From an archaeon (GTDB taxonomy: Archaea; Iainarchaeota; Iainarchaeia; Iainarchaeales; 1-14-0-10-31-34): 26,393 nucleotides of DNA. Position 1 is the stretch's first letter, and each line of letters starts with the position of its first letter. The notes under the pieces were generated by a model, which had not been told where the DNA came from, made no database searches, and saw only the letters and a list, made by a program, of their open reading frames with translations. Shown here in pieces: positions 24,109 to 26,393 of this stretch. The DNA is taken from contig JBDRFE010000041.1 of assembly GCA_043819075.1 (NCBI GenBank), positions 1 through 26,393 of the forward strand, read 5' to 3'. Position numbers and translations under genes: made by a program.

Positions 24109-25083
24109 ATGAAGAAAACGATTTTGCTGGCTTTAACAATGGTTTTGCTTTCAGGAATGGCTTTTGGAACAGCAGTTAATGCGCCAAAAGAGATTCCTGC
24201 AAACATTAACTGGAGTTTTTCAGTGGAATTAAATTCATCTAATTCTTTCACTGAAACACAAATTTTTTTTGATAACACATTGATAGTTACTGCATTCAAT
24301 GACAAGCAGCCGGTAATACAATCTGATTTTGTGTTAAAGGCTTTTTCTTTTGATAAAGTGCCAGCAGACAATACAGGGTTAACTGTTTTTGTCTCTTATT
24401 TTGGAATACAGGAAGGAATACATAAAATCAAAACAAAAACTTTTAATGAAAGCAGTTTAACTGAAGAACAGGAATTTGAATTAACTTCAGTTGACACAGT
24501 GAATGCAATAAAAAACCTGCCAAACGAGTTATCACAGGACACGCAGATTTTAATGAAAGACTTAATAAACAAAATAAATGATGACAGAACAAAATTAGAG
24601 GAATTAAAGAATTCAACTGAACAAAACCTGGATGAAAAAACAAAGGTTTTAGAAAACGAAATAACTGTTTTAGAGAATGCATTAAATGAATTGAATGCAC
24701 AAAAAGAAGCTGAATTAAAGGAAGCCGAACAAAAAGAAACCGAAAAACTGCAGGAAAGCACTGGAACGGGCAAAGAGAATGCTTTAACCGGATTCTATAA
24801 TTTTTCTGTTGACCACGCATGGTATGGCATTGTGTTTTTGCTTGCATTGCTTGTATTGCTGGCTTTATTCCAGTTATACAAGACAAAAACCAGTGACACT
24901 ATTTTTGAGGAAACCTTGGAAGACAAGGGAATAAAAGAAGAAAAACAGGAAATAGAAGAAGAAAAAAAGGCAAGATTTTCTTTTTCTGAAAAAAAAACAA
25001 GAAAAAAAATCAGCAAGGCTTTCAATCGGCGATTTGTTAAGAAAATAGTTTCCGGTTTCTTTCAAAAAAAACAAATCAGTTAG
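24109..25083 (+). CDS. Secreted, membrane-anchored protein (signal peptide, beta domain, coiled coil, C-terminal TM, charged tail); 3' end possibly frameshifted
   Basis: MKKTILLALTMVLLSGMAFG signal; coiled coil; ALTGF preceding TM YGIVFLLALLVLLALF. Confidence 0.8.
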   Translation: MKKTILLALTMVLLSGMAFGTAVNAPKEIPANINWSFSVELNSSNSFTETQIFFDNTLIVTAFNDKQPVIQSDFVLKAFSFDKVPADNTGLTVFVSYFGIQEGIHKIKTKTFNESSLTEEQEFELTSVDTVNAIKNLPNELSQDTQILMKDLINKINDDRTKLEELKNSTEQNLDEKTKVLENEITVLENALNELNAQKEAELKEAEQKETEKLQESTGTGKENALTGFYNFSVDHAWYGIVFLLALLVLLALFQLYKTKTSDTIFEETLEDKGIKEEKQEIEEEKKARFSFSEKKTRKKISKAFNRRFVKKIVSGFFQKKQIS

Positions 25084-25136
25084 CTTTAAATATAAAAAAG
25101 AACTAATATAATCAGTTGTTTTTCCTTTGTGATGAA

Positions 25137-25415
25137 ATGAAAATGAAGTACTGCCCTGAATGCGGTTCAATCCAATTGCAGAGTTCTTTTAATGAACTTA
25201 AATGCAGGAAATGCGGTTTCTCAGGAACAATGAAAGAAGACTCTGTTGACGTAATCAATGCTTTTGTGCAAAACAAAAAAAATCCTGTTTTAGTTCAGGC
25301 AAACTCTAATTCTTTTCAGGCAACAAAATTAATTATGGAACAGGAAAACCCGAAAGAGCTTTCACTGAAAGAAAGAGTCAAAAAACTCGGCTTGGAAGAC
25401 ATTGAAATTTTATAG
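25137..25415 (+). CDS. Small zinc-ribbon protein; start at ATG 25137 or 25143
   Basis: MKYCPECGS...CRKCGF (two CxxC pairs). Confidence 0.8.
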   Translation: MKMKYCPECGSIQLQSSFNELKCRKCGFSGTMKEDSVDVINAFVQNKKNPVLVQANSNSFQATKLIMEQENPKELSLKERVKKLGLEDIEIL

Positions 25416-25458
25416 AAAAGCTTTTTTACTTGTTTTAACACAATTTTATAGGAACAAT

Positions 25459-26226
25459 ATGGCTGCACCAAAAAGAAACTTAAGAGGGTTGCCAAGATTT
25501 TCTTCAGTTAAATTAAAAACAAGAAGAATTGCCATACATTCAAGGAATCCTGAAGGAAAAATAGTCAGGGCAAAAACTGTTATGTTTGATTTCCCTAAAG
25601 CTTATGTAAGGGAAATCACAGACAAAAAACTTATTTTAAGCATTTATAAATTAATGAAAGTAAAGCTTGCTTTAAAAAAGGCTGTGAAACAAGCCAAATC
25701 ACGAATGAAAAAAATAAGTGAACGAAGTGAACAAGATAAGGAAACTGCGCTTAAAGCTTACCGTGATGCCTTACTGCAAGCACAAGAGAAACTTGGAATT
25801 ACAGGAGATGCTAAACTAAAAAGCCAGGCTCCAGAAAAACTTCCCAGAATTGCAAAAAATGAGGGGAATGTTTATCAGCAAAGAGTTGATGCCGCACAAA
25901 AAAGACTTGAAAAGCCTGAAGTGACAAAAATGAGTGAAAGAATCAGAGGAAGCGAGGAAAGAAAAAATCTTGAAACAGTGGTACTAAGATTACAGGGAAA
26001 AAGGGCTGTTGCGTTCACTGTAAACGAAAAAAACCTTGCATCGCTTGCAATAAGAAAAATTATTTTAATTGATAACCCGCTGGCAAGAATAGGAACAATT
26101 TTAAGGGCACTAAAAAAAGAAGGGTTAAGTGAATTTGGGGAAGACTACATTAAAAATGAAATAAAAATGATGCAAAAGCAAAGGCTGCTTTCAGTTGCCC
26201 AAATTGAAAGATTACTAGGAAAATAG
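25459..26226 (+). CDS. Highly basic hypothetical protein; start placed at ATG 25459
   Basis: Long Lys/Arg-rich helical ORF; the upstream TTG start overlaps the previous gene and a promoter-like AT tract. Confidence 0.7.
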   Translation: MAAPKRNLRGLPRFSSVKLKTRRIAIHSRNPEGKIVRAKTVMFDFPKAYVREITDKKLILSIYKLMKVKLALKKAVKQAKSRMKKISERSEQDKETALKAYRDALLQAQEKLGITGDAKLKSQAPEKLPRIAKNEGNVYQQRVDAAQKRLEKPEVTKMSERIRGSEERKNLETVVLRLQGKRAVAFTVNEKNLASLAIRKIILIDNPLARIGTILRALKKEGLSEFGEDYIKNEIKMMQKQRLLSVAQIERLLGK

Positions 26227-26256
26227 GCCACAAATTTTAATTTGGCAGGGCAGTTA

Positions 26257-26342
26257 TGCGGGAGGAGAGATTCGAACTCTCGAAGACACTAAGTCACTAG
26301 CCCCTCAAGCTAGTCCAATTGACCGGGCTATGGGACTCCCGC
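26257..26342 (-). tRNA. tRNA-Leu(GAG)
   Basis: GCGGGAG/CTCCCGC acceptor stem with discriminator A; anticodon arm CTAGC-TTGAGGG-GCTAG; long variable arm GAC-TTAGT-GTC; T arm GAGAG-TTCGAAT-CTCTC. Confidence 0.95.
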
Positions 26343-26393
26343 GTATAAAGAAAAAGGATTAAGAACACCTTTTAAAATTTGCTTCCTTTGAAT

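Noticed and set aside
1712..25170. Numerous short antisense or nested ORFs in the track (e.g. 3927..4337, 5030..5410, 7746..8099, 21372..21812, 24396..24886)
   Set aside because: Shadows of well-supported genes; Phe/Ser/Leu-rich translations typical of the reverse strand of A-rich coding DNA.

Overview
AT-rich archaeal chromosomal segment. A DPANN-type lineage (e.g. Diapherotrites/Iainarchaeota) is an inference from composition and gene style, not a tested assignment. Archaeal origin rests on an archaeal-type AlaRS, a bulge-helix-bulge tRNA intron, an archaeal RNase P RNA, a deoxyhypusine synthase and TATA-type promoters. Contents in order: 3' end of 23S rRNA (no linked 5S; extra hairpin at the H98/ES39 site), DUF2080-nucleotidyltransferase plus an unannotated 54-aa partner ORF, nadA, an operon of agmatinase / fused pyruvoyl-decarboxylase-deoxyhypusine synthase / membrane protein, divergent ornithine carbamoyltransferase, a DUF4382 lipoprotein, a compact RNase P RNA, alaS, a long RelA/SpoT homologue coupled to argS, two surface lipoproteins, an ABC-2 exporter, an AbrB-PIN toxin-antitoxin pair, intron-containing tRNA-Arg(TCT), several small hypothetical genes and tRNA-Leu(GAG). 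The best candidates for undescribed biology are (1) the multidomain RelA/SpoT protein in an archaeon, with an intact HD hydrolase but a decayed synthetase, lying between two aminoacyl-tRNA synthetase genes, and (2) the AdoMetDC-fold decarboxylase-DHS fusion co-encoded with agmatinase. All calls come from manual motif reading; no database searches were run.
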